The notes beneath the pieces are model-generated. The model was not told the DNA's origin. It saw only the letters and a list, made by a program, of their open reading frames with translations, and did not search any database. From the NCBI GenBank assembly GCA_963729045.1, contig CAVSMN010000018.1, positions 78,964-142,963 of the forward strand: DNA of 64,000 bases. Direction: 5' to 3'. Shown here piece after piece: positions 23,103-34,192 of the stretch. A program made the translations under genes and the position numbers. The stretch's first letter is position 1; each line of letters starts with the position of its first letter. Origin of the DNA: an uncultured Nitrososphaeraceae archaeon (GTDB lineage Archaea; Thermoproteota; Nitrososphaeria; Nitrososphaerales; Nitrososphaeraceae).

Positions 23103-23483
23103 TTATCGTTCATTGACAATACTTAGGATATTACCATCAGGATCTTTAAACCATGCAAGTTTCATCTTACCATCAATATGAATATCCCCTTCTATTGTTA
23201 CGTTCTGACGATCATAGTGCTCGAAGGTTACACTCTTAGCTTTAAGTGTTTGTACAATATCTCCTATGTTTTCACCTACATACCAAGTTACTGTCGTGGC
23301 CTGATTGGTTCCAGCATATTGAGATTGATAAATGAGAAGGTCAGTGGTACCGCTCCTGAACATTATCGAGCTCAATCCTTCAGATCCAACCTGTTTTAGA
23401 CCTAGTACTTCTTCGTAAAACTTTTTGGCTATACTCAGATCCTTAACAGCAATATTTACCGTAAGGTTTTTGTCTCCCAACAT
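23103..23483 (-). CDS. VOC/glyoxalase family protein
   Basis: AVKDL..AKKFY..VLGL and AWFKDPDGNIL. Confidence 0.88.
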   Translation of the reverse strand: MLGDKNLTVNIAVKDLSIAKKFYEEVLGLKQVGSEGLSSIMFRSGTTDLLIYQSQYAGTNQATTVTWYVGENIGDIVQTLKAKSVTFEHYDRQNVTIEGDIHIDGKMKLAWFKDPDGNILSIVNER

Positions 23484-23905
23484 TTTGATGTATTTAATGA
23501 AATGATATGTTAAATAATCATTGCGGGCACTAAACTCTATAATTTATAATAATGAACAAATTTTGATAACCGGAGAAACAATAATTATATATCAATATCA
23601 ATGACAATTGGGAATCATATTTCTATCATAATTGAAATAATGATATGTTAGATAATTTTTAATATAGTCATTTTTATCACCTAAAAACTAGGTAGTTTTT
23701 TGACTTTTTGTTCAAAATCGGTGATAAAGTAAAGAATAATTCTATATTTTTACACAAGCATAAGTCAAACGATAGTTTATACACTAAACTAGTAATCCCA
23801 ATTTATCGCTTTTATATATATCTTCGATCTATGTATTCAATAAAGTAGACCAGTAAGTTAAACATGTACTTTTTAAATATGATAATTGACATATAAGACA
23901 TCTAT

Positions 23906-25759
23906 ATGCTATTAGATAAATTAACGAATGATAAGAGAAAATTTCTATTTTTTTCTACCATAATTGTAGCATTATCTTTAGGCTTCTATTTAATACCAAA
24001 TACAATTAATACGATGGTTACAAGCAGTCAGATCTTTGTTAGTGCTTTTGCTCAACAAGCATCGCCATCTATGCCTAATACTGATGACAATTTTACAAAT
24101 GCAAATATAAATAATGATACCCTATCGTCAAGTAATAGTTCTGGTAAACCTACAGGAGACGATTTAATCAAACTGTATGATAAAGTGGACCAGTCTGTAG
24201 TCCAAGTAACGCAAAAATCAGATATACCGGGAAAGTCTAGGCTTGGTTCGGGTTTCGTATATGATAAGGAAGGACACATAGTTACCAATTACCACGTCGT
24301 GGCTGGAGACAATATCAGTAAAGAGTTTGACGTAACGTTGACTGATGGATCCACATATAAAGCTAAAGTTGTAGGTGTGGACCCTTATGCTGAGATAGCC
24401 GTTTTAAAGATCCCATTAGAAAATAATACCCAAGTGAGTGAGAAGCTAATACCTTTACAGGTAGGCAACTTTTCTGAAGTGAGTGTAGGAGAAAGGGTTG
24501 CTGCTGTTGGTAATCCATTTGGATTGTCGGCTTCTATTACTGAAGGAATAGTAAGTGGCTTGGGAAGATTACTTCCAGCTTTACCTCCTGAAATTGATCA
24601 AATACCTCTTATTGAAGACTCTCCTGCTTTTTCAATTCCAAACATTATACAAACAGATGCTGCAATAAATCCTGGAAATTCCGGTGGACCGCTACTAAAT
24701 ATGGATGGTGAAGTAATAGGAATCAATACTGCTATTTTCTCTAATACTGGCGTGTACTCAGGAGTAGGTTTTGCAATTCCTTCTTATTTAATACAAAAGG
24801 TAGTGCCTTCCCTTATTACTACAGGGGAATATCAACACCCCTATTTGGGAATATCTGGAACAGACATAGATGCAGATATTGCAGATATAATGAACCTTCA
24901 GAATACTACGGGATTTCTTGTTATTCAGGTTACTGCTGATAGTCCTGCGGATAAGGCTGGTATACATGGAGGATCAATATTAACGAAAATAGACGGAAGA
25001 GATGTAGAACTTGGAGGGGATGTAATAGTTGGAATTGATGATAAACCCATTAGAAAAATAGATGATTTACTATCTTATCTAGATAAAGAAAAGAAGGTCG
25101 GAGAAAATGTCACTCTTTCAATTGTAAGAAATGGACAGATAGAAAAAACAGATTTAACCTTGGCAGACAGACCTACATCTACGGTTTTAGGCAGCGAAAT
25201 TATACAAGACACACAAGAAGACAGGCCCGCCCTTGGTATTAATGGTATTAATGTTACACCTGAAATAGCCTCACAAATGAACGTACCTTCTAATATTACT
25301 AATGGAGGGAAAGGATTCTTAGTAATTGATGTTCTTAGGAATGGTTCAGCAGAAAGCGCCGGGGTTAAGGGTGGATATATTGCCTCAAATATTGATGGAA
25401 ACCAAGTAGAGCTTGGAGGAGACATAATAATTGGAATCGATAATACCACTATAGGATCGGTAGAAGACATAAAGAATGCACTTTCTACAAAACAGATAGG
25501 AGATAGTGTGCAACTCACTATTTATCGAGATAACAGCACACTGAATATCCCGGTTGTATTAAAGAAGGAATCACAACAAGATTGGATAAAAAATACCATA
25601 CCTCTACCTCCTTCTTCTCCTTCACCACAAATCCCTGGAAATCCCTCTCCATTCCAACCTTTCAATCCGTTCAACGATTTTGGTGATGATGGGGGCATCT
25701 ATGATCAATGTGTAGAGATGATGGGTAAGGATACTTGTGACAGATTATTCGGAAGATAA
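23906..25759 (+). CDS. htrA: HtrA/DegP-like serine protease with two PDZ domains
   Basis: VTNYHV, QTDAAINPGNSGGPL, two PDZ repeats, N-terminal TM. Confidence 0.92.
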   Translation: MLLDKLTNDKRKFLFFSTIIVALSLGFYLIPNTINTMVTSSQIFVSAFAQQASPSMPNTDDNFTNANINNDTLSSSNSSGKPTGDDLIKLYDKVDQSVVQVTQKSDIPGKSRLGSGFVYDKEGHIVTNYHVVAGDNISKEFDVTLTDGSTYKAKVVGVDPYAEIAVLKIPLENNTQVSEKLIPLQVGNFSEVSVGERVAAVGNPFGLSASITEGIVSGLGRLLPALPPEIDQIPLIEDSPAFSIPNIIQTDAAINPGNSGGPLLNMDGEVIGINTAIFSNTGVYSGVGFAIPSYLIQKVVPSLITTGEYQHPYLGISGTDIDADIADIMNLQNTTGFLVIQVTADSPADKAGIHGGSILTKIDGRDVELGGDVIVGIDDKPIRKIDDLLSYLDKEKKVGENVTLSIVRNGQIEKTDLTLADRPTSTVLGSEIIQDTQEDRPALGINGINVTPEIASQMNVPSNITNGGKGFLVIDVLRNGSAESAGVKGGYIASNIDGNQVELGGDIIIGIDNTTIGSVEDIKNALSTKQIGDSVQLTIYRDNSTLNIPVVLKKESQQDWIKNTIPLPPSSPSPQIPGNPSPFQPFNPFNDFGDDGGIYDQCVEMMGKDTCDRLFGR

Positions 25760-25924
25760 AAAATAAACATTATTTTTTTGTTCAAGTATTTTTCTTTTGC
25801 AATTTATTCCTTATATCATAGTTGACTGGCGTTACCTTTACTATTTTTTATTTTCTTTAACACCTTCCTTGACAATATCATAAAAGGAAGTATCTCTCCA
25901 GATTATTAGAGGAAGAAAGGTAAC

Positions 25925-25976
25925 AACACATAACATAACACATAACACACATACACACATACACACATACATATAC
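25925..25976. repeat. Low-complexity (CA/CATA) microsatellite-like tract
   Basis: aacacataacataacacataacacacatacacacatacacacatacatatac. Confidence 0.7.
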
Positions 25977-26130
25977 CAACCATTGTCGTTCCATACTTTT
26001 CGCATTTACCTTTACTATTTTTATTTGCCTTAGCTTAATACGAATGTTGAAATTAAATGAAAGGGTTTCATATTTTTGGGCTATAAGTCGATGCATGATT
26101 AAGTTCTACAAGATAAATTCAAAAATTTTC

Positions 26131-26451
26131 ATGAACAGCTGGTATAACAGTTTTTTAGTCATAATCATGTCTAATGCTTCAGTTCAAAGTGAGGTATACG
26201 CAGCAAACCCCGGCGGAAAACCCCTTTTCAATTGCGTATATGACAGTGATAAAAATAAAGAGATATGCTGTGACGGTACAGATAACAATCCAAAATGCCT
26301 TGAATGTGATGCAGACCTTCAAACAGGGCAGAAATACAATTGCAAACAAGTACCTGCAAAATCTGAAGATGTTCAACCCGCAGATCTGGTAAAGAAACCG
26401 GATCAAGGAATAGCTAAACTTCCTCAAAATCTATCAGAATCTGAACAATAA
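26131..26451 (+). CDS. Small Cys-rich, probably secreted protein
   Basis: VYA cleavage-like motif then six Cys (C..CC..C..C..C); start uncertain. Confidence 0.5.
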   Translation: MNSWYNSFLVIIMSNASVQSEVYAANPGGKPLFNCVYDSDKNKEICCDGTDNNPKCLECDADLQTGQKYNCKQVPAKSEDVQPADLVKKPDQGIAKLPQNLSESEQ

Positions 26452-26938
26452 AGGATCATCGTTTTAGACTATGAAACATATAATTAGGTAACAAAAAAGG
26501 ATGATTTGGTTTTAGTCTAGAACCTAAACCTAGAATAGATAGCGGAAATATGAATAATAAAAGTGAAGCAGTAAAGAAGCAAATATTTTCTTTTTTTATA
26601 AAGTCAGTATGAAATAACTCTTTTCTAGCTGAGCCTTAAATATTTTAAGGCTCAATTAATTCAAATTAATTGGTTAAGATAAGTAATCTAAATGATAATG
26701 AATTATTGTTTAAGACTATAATAATAGTTAAGAAATGTATTTGATTAATTTATCTCAGATGAATTTTCTAAAAGAACTTTATCCTCATAGATTAAAGGAT
26801 TACGTTTTCTATTTTGTTATCTAAAGTTTTAACCTAAATCAACGATATCATATTTAAAAACTTTTGCTACCAATCATTGAATATAGTTTGTATTCAATTC
26901 ATAATATTTGTTAAATATCTTTACCATAAAACATAATT

Positions 26939-28756
26939 ATGACTGAAAATAATAGCAGTCAGACTAATTATTCTTATGATGTCATAGTTATTGGTGGTGG
27001 TTCTGCCGGTCTAAGAGCTGCAATTGAGGCTCACGACAATGGATCAGTTGTTCTTCTAATTAGCAAGAGTAAACAAGGTGATCCTCATACGGTGCTTGCA
27101 AGAGGAGGAATTAATGCTGCACTTGGAATCATGGACCCCAAAGATAACTGGATGATACATGCTTCTGATACCTTAATAGAAGGCGAACATATTGCTGATT
27201 ATGAGAGAGTTGAAGTTCTTTGCAAGAGTGCTCCTGATGCTATCCGTGAATTAGTCAACTGGGGCGCTAGATTTCATAGGGAGCAAGATGGGAGACTAAC
27301 ACAACGTTTCTTTGGAGCTCATACTTACAGAAGAACTGTTTTTTATGAAGATTGGACTGGTAATGAGATAGTCCGTGTCCTGATGAAACAGGTTAATGAG
27401 AGAAAGATCGATATCATAGATAATATCTATATTACAAAGTTGCTACTAAAAGATAACATAGAAAACGTAGATGGATACTCAAATTCTTCACCATCCAAAA
27501 TAATAGGAGCAATTGGCATTGACATCAAGGAAAAACAACTTGTGAAATTTAATTGTAAATCTTTAATACTTGCTTCAGGAGGATATACAAGAGTATATTC
27601 GATAAGCAGTTCGAGAAATTATGAACACTATGGTGAAGGAATTGAGCTGGCATATGAAGCAGGAGTAGATTTAGTAGATATGGAAATGGTTCAATTTCAC
27701 CCTACTGGTATGGTATGGCCTGAAAATGCATTAGGTACGCTTGCTACTGAAGCTATCCGAGGAGAAGGAGGCATTTTACTGAATTCAAATAATGAACGAT
27801 TTATGAAAAAATATTATCCCGAAAGGATGGAACTAGGTCCTCGAGATAAAGTTGCACGAGCCATTTATAACGAGATCGCAGAAGGTAGAGGTACTGTCCA
27901 TAAAGGAGTTTGGTTAGACGTCACTCATCTTCCCTTGAAAAAAATATTAGATAGATTGCCCACCATGTATAAACAATTTAAGGATATAGCCGGAGTCGAT
28001 ATTTCTAAGGAGAAAATGGAAGTTGGTCCTACTGCACATTATTCTATGGGCGGATTATTAGTAGATATAAATTGCAAAACAAAAGTTGAGGGTTTATTCG
28101 CAGCTGGCGAAGTAATAAGTCAGATTCATGGTGCCAATAGGCTAGGTGGTAACAGTCTACTTGATACATTGGTTTTTGGAAAAATAGCGGGGAGGGAAGC
28201 CTCGATTTTTGCAAAGCAGTTACAAACCCCACTTGAAGACACTTCACTAGAGTCGGAAGTAGATATGGATATACAAAAGTTTGAAAAAGATCTTTTTGTG
28301 GTATTGGATGAGCCATTAAGTTTTCGCAAAGAAATACAAGATCTAATGAATCAAGTTGCAGGAATAGTAAGAAGTGCAACAAATCTTCAAAAAGGGTTAG
28401 ATAAAATTCTAACTTTAAAGGATAGGTTTTATTCTCAGATTCGAATACTACCGAAAAATGAATTAAATAATGATAACCACATCAAGAATCTCATTATAAC
28501 TTTGGAAGTCAGGTCATCTTTGGTTGTATGTGAGGCGATAATAAAGAGTGCCTTTATGCGAAAAGAAAGCAGAGGTGCGCACTTTCGTTCTGATTTTCCA
28601 ACTATCAATAACGATGTGTGGCATGTTAATATCTATTGTACCAAGGAAGATGGAAAAATGACACTATATAAACAAAATGTTAAAGAAGTAAAAGGAACTC
28701 TGAAGGAAGTGATAAGAGACCATTTAAAACCCATTCATAATAACGAGTCTGAATGA
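26939..28756 (+). CDS. SdhA/FrdA/NadB-family flavoprotein
   Basis: GGGSAG, HT..ARGG, QFHPTG, EAIRGEG, HYSMGG, HGANRLGGNSL, ESRGAH. Confidence 0.9.
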   Translation: MTENNSSQTNYSYDVIVIGGGSAGLRAAIEAHDNGSVVLLISKSKQGDPHTVLARGGINAALGIMDPKDNWMIHASDTLIEGEHIADYERVEVLCKSAPDAIRELVNWGARFHREQDGRLTQRFFGAHTYRRTVFYEDWTGNEIVRVLMKQVNERKIDIIDNIYITKLLLKDNIENVDGYSNSSPSKIIGAIGIDIKEKQLVKFNCKSLILASGGYTRVYSISSSRNYEHYGEGIELAYEAGVDLVDMEMVQFHPTGMVWPENALGTLATEAIRGEGGILLNSNNERFMKKYYPERMELGPRDKVARAIYNEIAEGRGTVHKGVWLDVTHLPLKKILDRLPTMYKQFKDIAGVDISKEKMEVGPTAHYSMGGLLVDINCKTKVEGLFAAGEVISQIHGANRLGGNSLLDTLVFGKIAGREASIFAKQLQTPLEDTSLESEVDMDIQKFEKDLFVVLDEPLSFRKEIQDLMNQVAGIVRSATNLQKGLDKILTLKDRFYSQIRILPKNELNNDNHIKNLIITLEVRSSLVVCEAIIKSAFMRKESRGAHFRSDFPTINNDVWHVNIYCTKEDGKMTLYKQNVKEVKGTLKEVIRDHLKPIHNNESE

Positions 28757-28958
28757 GGAGTAACAAACATCATTACAAGTATTATGACATATCAACATAT
28801 CAACATATCAATCTTGTTACTGCTGCAGTCTATCTCCTAATAATGATTGGATGAATTACAATTAGTATTTCTATTGTGGACATTATGCTAAAAAAACCCT
28901 CCTCCCTTGACCATAAAATAGATAATTACAGTGTTACAATTACATGACCCGGCTTGAT

Positions 28959-29514
28959 TCAATTGGTAACATTGAATGAGTTATCAGATGTACTTTCGGG
29001 AAATTTTTCTAAAGTCCACTGTTGACCCAAACCATTATTTTGTGTCCAAGTTTGTATAAAAGCACCGGGAAGAGGGTTTGATGCTCGAATTTCAAGAACC
29101 ATGCCATTAAGTTTACTCTTTATAAATCCATCACCAGTAATTGTCCACTGTTGACCCAAACCATTATTTTGTGTCCAAGTTTGTATATAAGCACCGGGAC
29201 GTGGATCTGATCCTCGAATTTCAAGAACCATGCCATTAAGTTTACTCTTTATAAATCCATCACCAGTAATTGTCCACTGTTGACCCAAACCATTATTTTG
29301 TGTCCAAGTTTGTATAAAGGCACCGGGACGTGGATTCTGATCCTGGAATATCAAGAACCAAGCCATTAAGTTTACTCTTTATGAAATAAGATGATTCACT
29401 GTATGCATAGTCTAAATGATTTGAAGATAACAAGAGTATACTGACTATTCCTAAACCTAAAGATACTGCGGCAATTAAATGATAATTGTATGTATTTCCA
29501 TTATTTTTTGTCAT
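28959..29514 (-). pseudogene. Secreted ricin-B-type beta-trefoil lectin, +1 frameshift at 29335
   Basis: Signal peptide plus 3 QxW repeats (FIKSKLNG.VL.I...QQW); extra T relative to the sister repeat. Confidence 0.85.
29014..29385. repeat. Three tandem 129-bp near-identical coding repeats
   Basis: gtccactgttgacccaaaccattattttgtgtccaagtttgtata at 29014, 29143, 29272. Confidence 0.95.
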
Positions 29515-29949
29515 AATGATTAATACATTATGATATCGGAACATATAAACAAATTATTCATAGGAACCAAGTTAACTATGTTTAACCAATATGGTATTTC
29601 TAACGAAATCCTTTGATTCAATTATGAAGTTTGATTTGATTTGTATTGAAAAGACATATCTTTATCTAAATTATGCTTTGTATTTACCATATCACACCAG
29701 GTCATCAGTATTTAAAAACTTGTTAAATAATCTCTATTTTACAATAATGCAAATCAATCCTAGTAGTACAAGTATCAATTCTAGAGAATATAGACTGGAG
29801 GTAGAGGTTATAAAGTATAAATGAATCGAAAGTACACTTTATCATATAACAATTTTCATGTAAATCTTATTCTAAGGTATTGATCGCATTTTATTATACT
29901 TATATTATGTCCTTCACATTGGACCTAAAAAAATTCAGTCATGAAGTAA

Positions 29950-29988
29950 ACCCATGGGATCAAAGTTCCTAGTGGCACCAAGGTTCTA
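29950..29988 (+). repeat. Dispersed repeat, arm type A, with left flank shared with 58091-58163
   Basis: acccatgggatcaaagttcctagtggcaccaaggttcta. Confidence 0.8.
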
Positions 29989-30250
29989 TCATACACTAGG
30001 CCGATATTTTCCAAATATCATAATTAAAATATTGTCGATAAAACATTAGACAATTCAAGATGGTATCAAACTGTGTCTTACCTTTTCAACTTTTGATTAT
30101 TGTCAATACTTTCTTTTCTTTTTGAGCATAGTATTTGACACTAAATCTATATCATGTTCAAAAGACTAAACCTTAAATACTTTTTTCACATTGATTCTAA
30201 CATGAGGAAACAAAATTTAGGATATTGTTTTACTAAGAGGGACAAATACC

Positions 30251-30550
30251 ATGGTTAAAGTAGGGCTTTATGTTAAATTGGAAGCAAAACTAGGCAAAGA
30301 AGATGAAGTAGAACAGTTCCTCAAAGATGGATTACCAATAGTTCAGGAAGAGCCAGATACTGTGGCATGGTTTGCAATTCGCCTAGGACCATCCACTTTT
30401 GGAATATTTGATGTTTTTCCAGACGAATCTGGTCGACAAGCTCATCTTTCAGGACAAATTGCTGCTGCCCTAATGGAAAAATCTTCGGATCTACTTGCAA
30501 GCCCCCCATCTATTGAGAAGATAGATATCATTGCATCTAAACTTCCATAG
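30251..30550 (+). CDS. Antibiotic biosynthesis monooxygenase (ABM) family protein
   Basis: V.LEAK.GKE.EVE.FL, EP.T..WFA, FGIFD.F.DE.GRQAHL.G. Confidence 0.88.
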   Translation: MVKVGLYVKLEAKLGKEDEVEQFLKDGLPIVQEEPDTVAWFAIRLGPSTFGIFDVFPDESGRQAHLSGQIAAALMEKSSDLLASPPSIEKIDIIASKLP

Positions 30551-30987
30551 CTGGATCGCTTCTGGATCCAGTTGGGAACCTGTAGGAGAACACTTATTAA
30601 AATATCTATTGTTGACTCATTTTTTTAGATGCGGTCTCGATAATGTAATTTGATTAGAACCTCAATTCGGTCATGCAACGCAGTTCTCTTATGAATTAGC
30701 AATTCACGGATGGGCCGGTTTTCTTTCTTTTTCTTCTTCCATAATTACAGTTACGACAATTACTTTCTTAATTTGATCTAATCTGATATAAAATATGCCC
30801 TAAGCCGATCAAATCAAATTGCAAATGCAAAACAAATTGAATTTGATGATGAATATAAGAATATTTAACATTCACATTATCCGGATTAGGTCATTTTTAT
30901 GTAATATATTTTCTCTTACTGATTTTCCCTGTACCTTACGATTTAACTTTAAATCCTACATAAGGGAATATATAAAGATCATAAAAT

Positions 30988-31989
30988 ATGCGAAAAGGTA
31001 TTATCTATTGCTCCATGCTTATTTTCTTTTCAATTTCCTGTATGATTTTTGTAATTTGTGCAGATGCACAATCGCCAACTAACAATAGTAAGGACATCAG
31101 TGGTATTTACTTGTCAGACAAGCAGACTATTTATCATGTTAAACAAACAAATAATACAGTTTGGATATTAGGGACTGATGCTCCAAATGTTGAGTCCAGC
31201 ACCATTGCAAACATTTTTAGTGGAACGTTAGAAAATAACATTAGCAAGATAACTGGAAAATGGATAGATTCTCCATTATCAAATAATACTAACAGTGGGA
31301 ATGTTGATTTTAATATTTTGATGAACGACTCAAATAATAATATAACTTTAACTAAAATTCCATCAACATCAGGATCAAGCAACGTTTATCCGGCAACTAT
31401 ATTGGCCAAATATGATCCCATTCTTCATGGTCCATTAACAATTTATGTGTCAATGGAAAATTTATTGATCAATGAAGCACGTGCTCCTACTTCCGATATT
31501 TTATACGTTGGTATAAGCGGTCAAAAGAATAATGACAATCCTTTGACCGCAACTAAATACTTGGGAGCTAGAGGAGATGGTGCAAACATAACAACAAACC
31601 TAAGAATTGGTCCATTTACATTTAATAATGAAAACGATTCCCTTAAAGTAGAAATTTTGGGACTAAATAAGGCAGACAGTACAACATCATTTACATTAAT
31701 CAACCTTAGAGATACTCTTATTCAACTAATGGAACCATCATACAATATTTCTGATCTGGTTCAGGCGACAAACGTCATTAGGTCCTTATCTCCAGGATTA
31801 ATTCCAGGAGGATGCAACGGTTTGGTATTCATAGATGAGATACCTCTGTCATCTGAATTTTTAAGAAATTCAACTGCCCTTAACGGAGAACACATTATAG
31901 AAAAAACTTATCCTGGAACCACAAGTCCACCCGGATGTGGACCACCTTCACAGTATATCGTTAAACTATCCATAACTACTCATAGATAA
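30988..31989 (+). CDS. Secreted hypothetical protein
   Basis: Signal peptide (ADA-Q), Asn/Ser/Thr-rich, 333 aa. Confidence 0.7.
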   Translation: MRKGIIYCSMLIFFSISCMIFVICADAQSPTNNSKDISGIYLSDKQTIYHVKQTNNTVWILGTDAPNVESSTIANIFSGTLENNISKITGKWIDSPLSNNTNSGNVDFNILMNDSNNNITLTKIPSTSGSSNVYPATILAKYDPILHGPLTIYVSMENLLINEARAPTSDILYVGISGQKNNDNPLTATKYLGARGDGANITTNLRIGPFTFNNENDSLKVEILGLNKADSTTSFTLINLRDTLIQLMEPSYNISDLVQATNVIRSLSPGLIPGGCNGLVFIDEIPLSSEFLRNSTALNGEHIIEKTYPGTTSPPGCGPPSQYIVKLSITTHR

Positions 31990-31997
31990 TTCTACAA

Positions 31998-32043
31998 GTT
32001 CTCATCCATGAGGATTAAGTTCCCTGTGGTAGCAGGGTTCTTA
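31998..32043 (+). repeat. Dispersed repeat, arm type A (near consensus)
   Basis: gttctcatccatgaggattaagttccctgtggtagcagggttctta. Confidence 0.92.
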
Positions 32044-33071
32044 TGTTTTATATTGTGATTAATTATTTAGTGATTAACAAGAAGCAGAATGGTTTATTCT
32101 TGATACTCTTTGTTATCATTGGATTATATTCAGTACATTTACTAGGTGAATTTTCAAGTGCAAAAGGAAGTGTAACTGGCGGTAATCAAGATAAAGTCTT
32201 TGTGATGTACGCTGGATCTCTTGTAAAGATATTTGAAGATGTACTTGGACCTGCATTTCAAAGCGAATCTGGATATCCATACGTCGGGGAAGGGAAGGGG
32301 TCTGTTCAAGTTTCAAATTTGATTAAGGATGGATTTAGAACACCAGATGTATTTGTTAGTGCTGGAACGGTACCAATGACAAGGCTAATGAATACTACTC
32401 CTCCCCTAGTAGATTGGCTTTTAAAGTTTGGATCAGCCGAAATTGTGATTGCTTACTCGCCCAATAGTCCACACTTTGGTGATTTAGAAAAAGCAAGAAT
32501 GGGTGAAATTCCATGGTATGAAGTTGTTTCTCAGGATGGTTTCAAATTTGGTAGAACAGATCCTGAGTTGGATCCAAAAGGATACTATGGAATTATTACC
32601 GCTGAATTAGCAAATTCCTATTACAATGATTCATCTATCAAGAATAGAATATTTGGAGAGGATAGAAATCCCAAACAGATATTTCCCGAAGAAACGCTTA
32701 AGACAGTGTTAGAAACGGGTTCATTGGATGCAGTCATAGCATACAAACATGAGGCCATATCAAGAGATCTTCCCTACATCACTTTACCCAACGAGATCAA
32801 TCTTGGTGATCCCACATATTCTGATTTTTACAAACATGCAAATTACACTTTGCAAGCTGATCAAAAAACAATTTACGGGGAACCAGTTGACTTTTCAATC
32901 ACTATTCCAAAGACTGTTAAGAATATGGACGGTGCAATCTCGTTTGTAAATTTTGTAATTTCCAAAAATGGTTCACAGTTACTAGAAAGTCAGGGACTTA
33001 ATCCGATCAACATAACATCTGAAGGAAATACCGATGATATTCCTTTGTCTATAAAAGAGGCAATTTCGTAG
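32043..33071 (+). CDS. Molybdate/tungstate ABC substrate-binding protein (WtpA/ModA-like), no permease nearby
   Basis: YAGSL, GS...., DVFVSA, RTDPELDPKGY, LP.EINL; start probably GTG near 32070. Confidence 0.85.
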   Translation: MFYIVINYLVINKKQNGLFLILFVIIGLYSVHLLGEFSSAKGSVTGGNQDKVFVMYAGSLVKIFEDVLGPAFQSESGYPYVGEGKGSVQVSNLIKDGFRTPDVFVSAGTVPMTRLMNTTPPLVDWLLKFGSAEIVIAYSPNSPHFGDLEKARMGEIPWYEVVSQDGFKFGRTDPELDPKGYYGIITAELANSYYNDSSIKNRIFGEDRNPKQIFPEETLKTVLETGSLDAVIAYKHEAISRDLPYITLPNEINLGDPTYSDFYKHANYTLQADQKTIYGEPVDFSITIPKTVKNMDGAISFVNFVISKNGSQLLESQGLNPINITSEGNTDDIPLSIKEAIS

Positions 33072-33119
33072 GAATGCAGTCTTATCCCTTGTTGAGCAAA
33101 TTTGTATGACCGGGTAGCT

Positions 33120-33164
33120 GTCCTCATCCGTGGGGAATAAGTCCCTAGTGGTATTATGGTTATG
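33120..33164 (+). repeat. Dispersed repeat, arm type A
   Basis: gtcctcatccgtggggaataagtccctagtggtattatggttatg. Confidence 0.88.
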
Positions 33165-33230
33165 TTTTAATGCAATTTAATATCAAATCTTATCCACCCT
33201 TATTCACTATTAACACGGAATGATGGCCTA

Positions 33231-33254
33231 ATTCTCATTCTAGAGAATGAGAAT
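33231..33254. promoter_or_regulatory. Perfect 11-2-11 palindrome just upstream of TATA box
   Basis: ATTCTCATTCT AG AGAATGAGAAT followed by gcttttatgta ~25-30 bp before ATG 33289. Confidence 0.6.
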
Positions 33255-33288
33255 AGCTTTTATGTAACTTCAAACTCCCTTTTTATTA

Positions 33289-34109
33289 ATGGATAATAAA
33301 AATAATTTATCGAATATACATCTACTTTTAGCTATTGCTGGTATGTTGGTTTTATCCGGACCCATCTCGTATGTTTTCTCCAATAATGTATTTGCGCAAA
33401 CAAATTCTACTGATAGTGTTGATGTACAGCCAAATATTAATGCAGAAAGCATTTTTAACACCAAAACAATGACGTTAGGCAATAATGTAAAAAATCTTGT
33501 TATCCTCATTCCTAATGAAGGTCACCATGCTGCTGGTGAAGACAATGAAGCCAGATTTTTGGATCAACACTTTGTACCAGAAAATGCTGTAATTAGCACT
33601 GGAACTACCGTACAATGGTTTAACGGTGATGCAGGTCACGAACGTACAATAGACGTGAAGGACATTGACGGTAGCACTACATTTTTTAACACTGGAGAGA
33701 TAGTTGATAGTCAAGCATCAAATCCATATTACATTTAGTAATCCAGGTGTGTATAATTATGAAGCAGAAGGTGACCCAGGTGTAACAATGACTGGTTCTG
33801 TAACAGTAGGTAATATCCAATCATCAGTAACGCCGTCTAGCACAGCCATATCCACAAGTTCAAACTCTAGCAATATTGATACGGTGGGAATTTTGATGGT
33901 ACCAACGCAAAATATTGATGACTACATCCAACAGATAACAGGTGCAGGGATTACTGTTGACAATACATACGACTTTAAAGACTTGAGAGGTGGACAAGAA
34001 GGAACAGGTGATACACAAACATTAATTGTATGGACCACAGGTGGTAAAGATTTAGGTGAAACACTTTCATTCTTAAGTGGGCTTATCCTCTGAATTACCA
34101 TATAGTTAA
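33289..34109 (+). pseudogene. Secreted cupredoxin-fold-like protein, two +1 frameshifts (~33727, ~34080)
   Basis: IPNEGHH, F.P....I..GT.V.W.N.D.GH, F..PG.Y.Y, M.G.V.V; corrected C-terminus ..SELPYS*. Confidence 0.7.
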
Positions 34110-34192
34110 TAATTAACTATTTTTTATCAGGTACTTTTGATACCTCGGATTATTTGACAATTTACAAAATCATAATATGCCAATCTGGTCAA

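Noticed and set aside
26630..26654. Xer dif site
   Set aside because: Spacer is 3 bp rather than the 6 bp of dif sites
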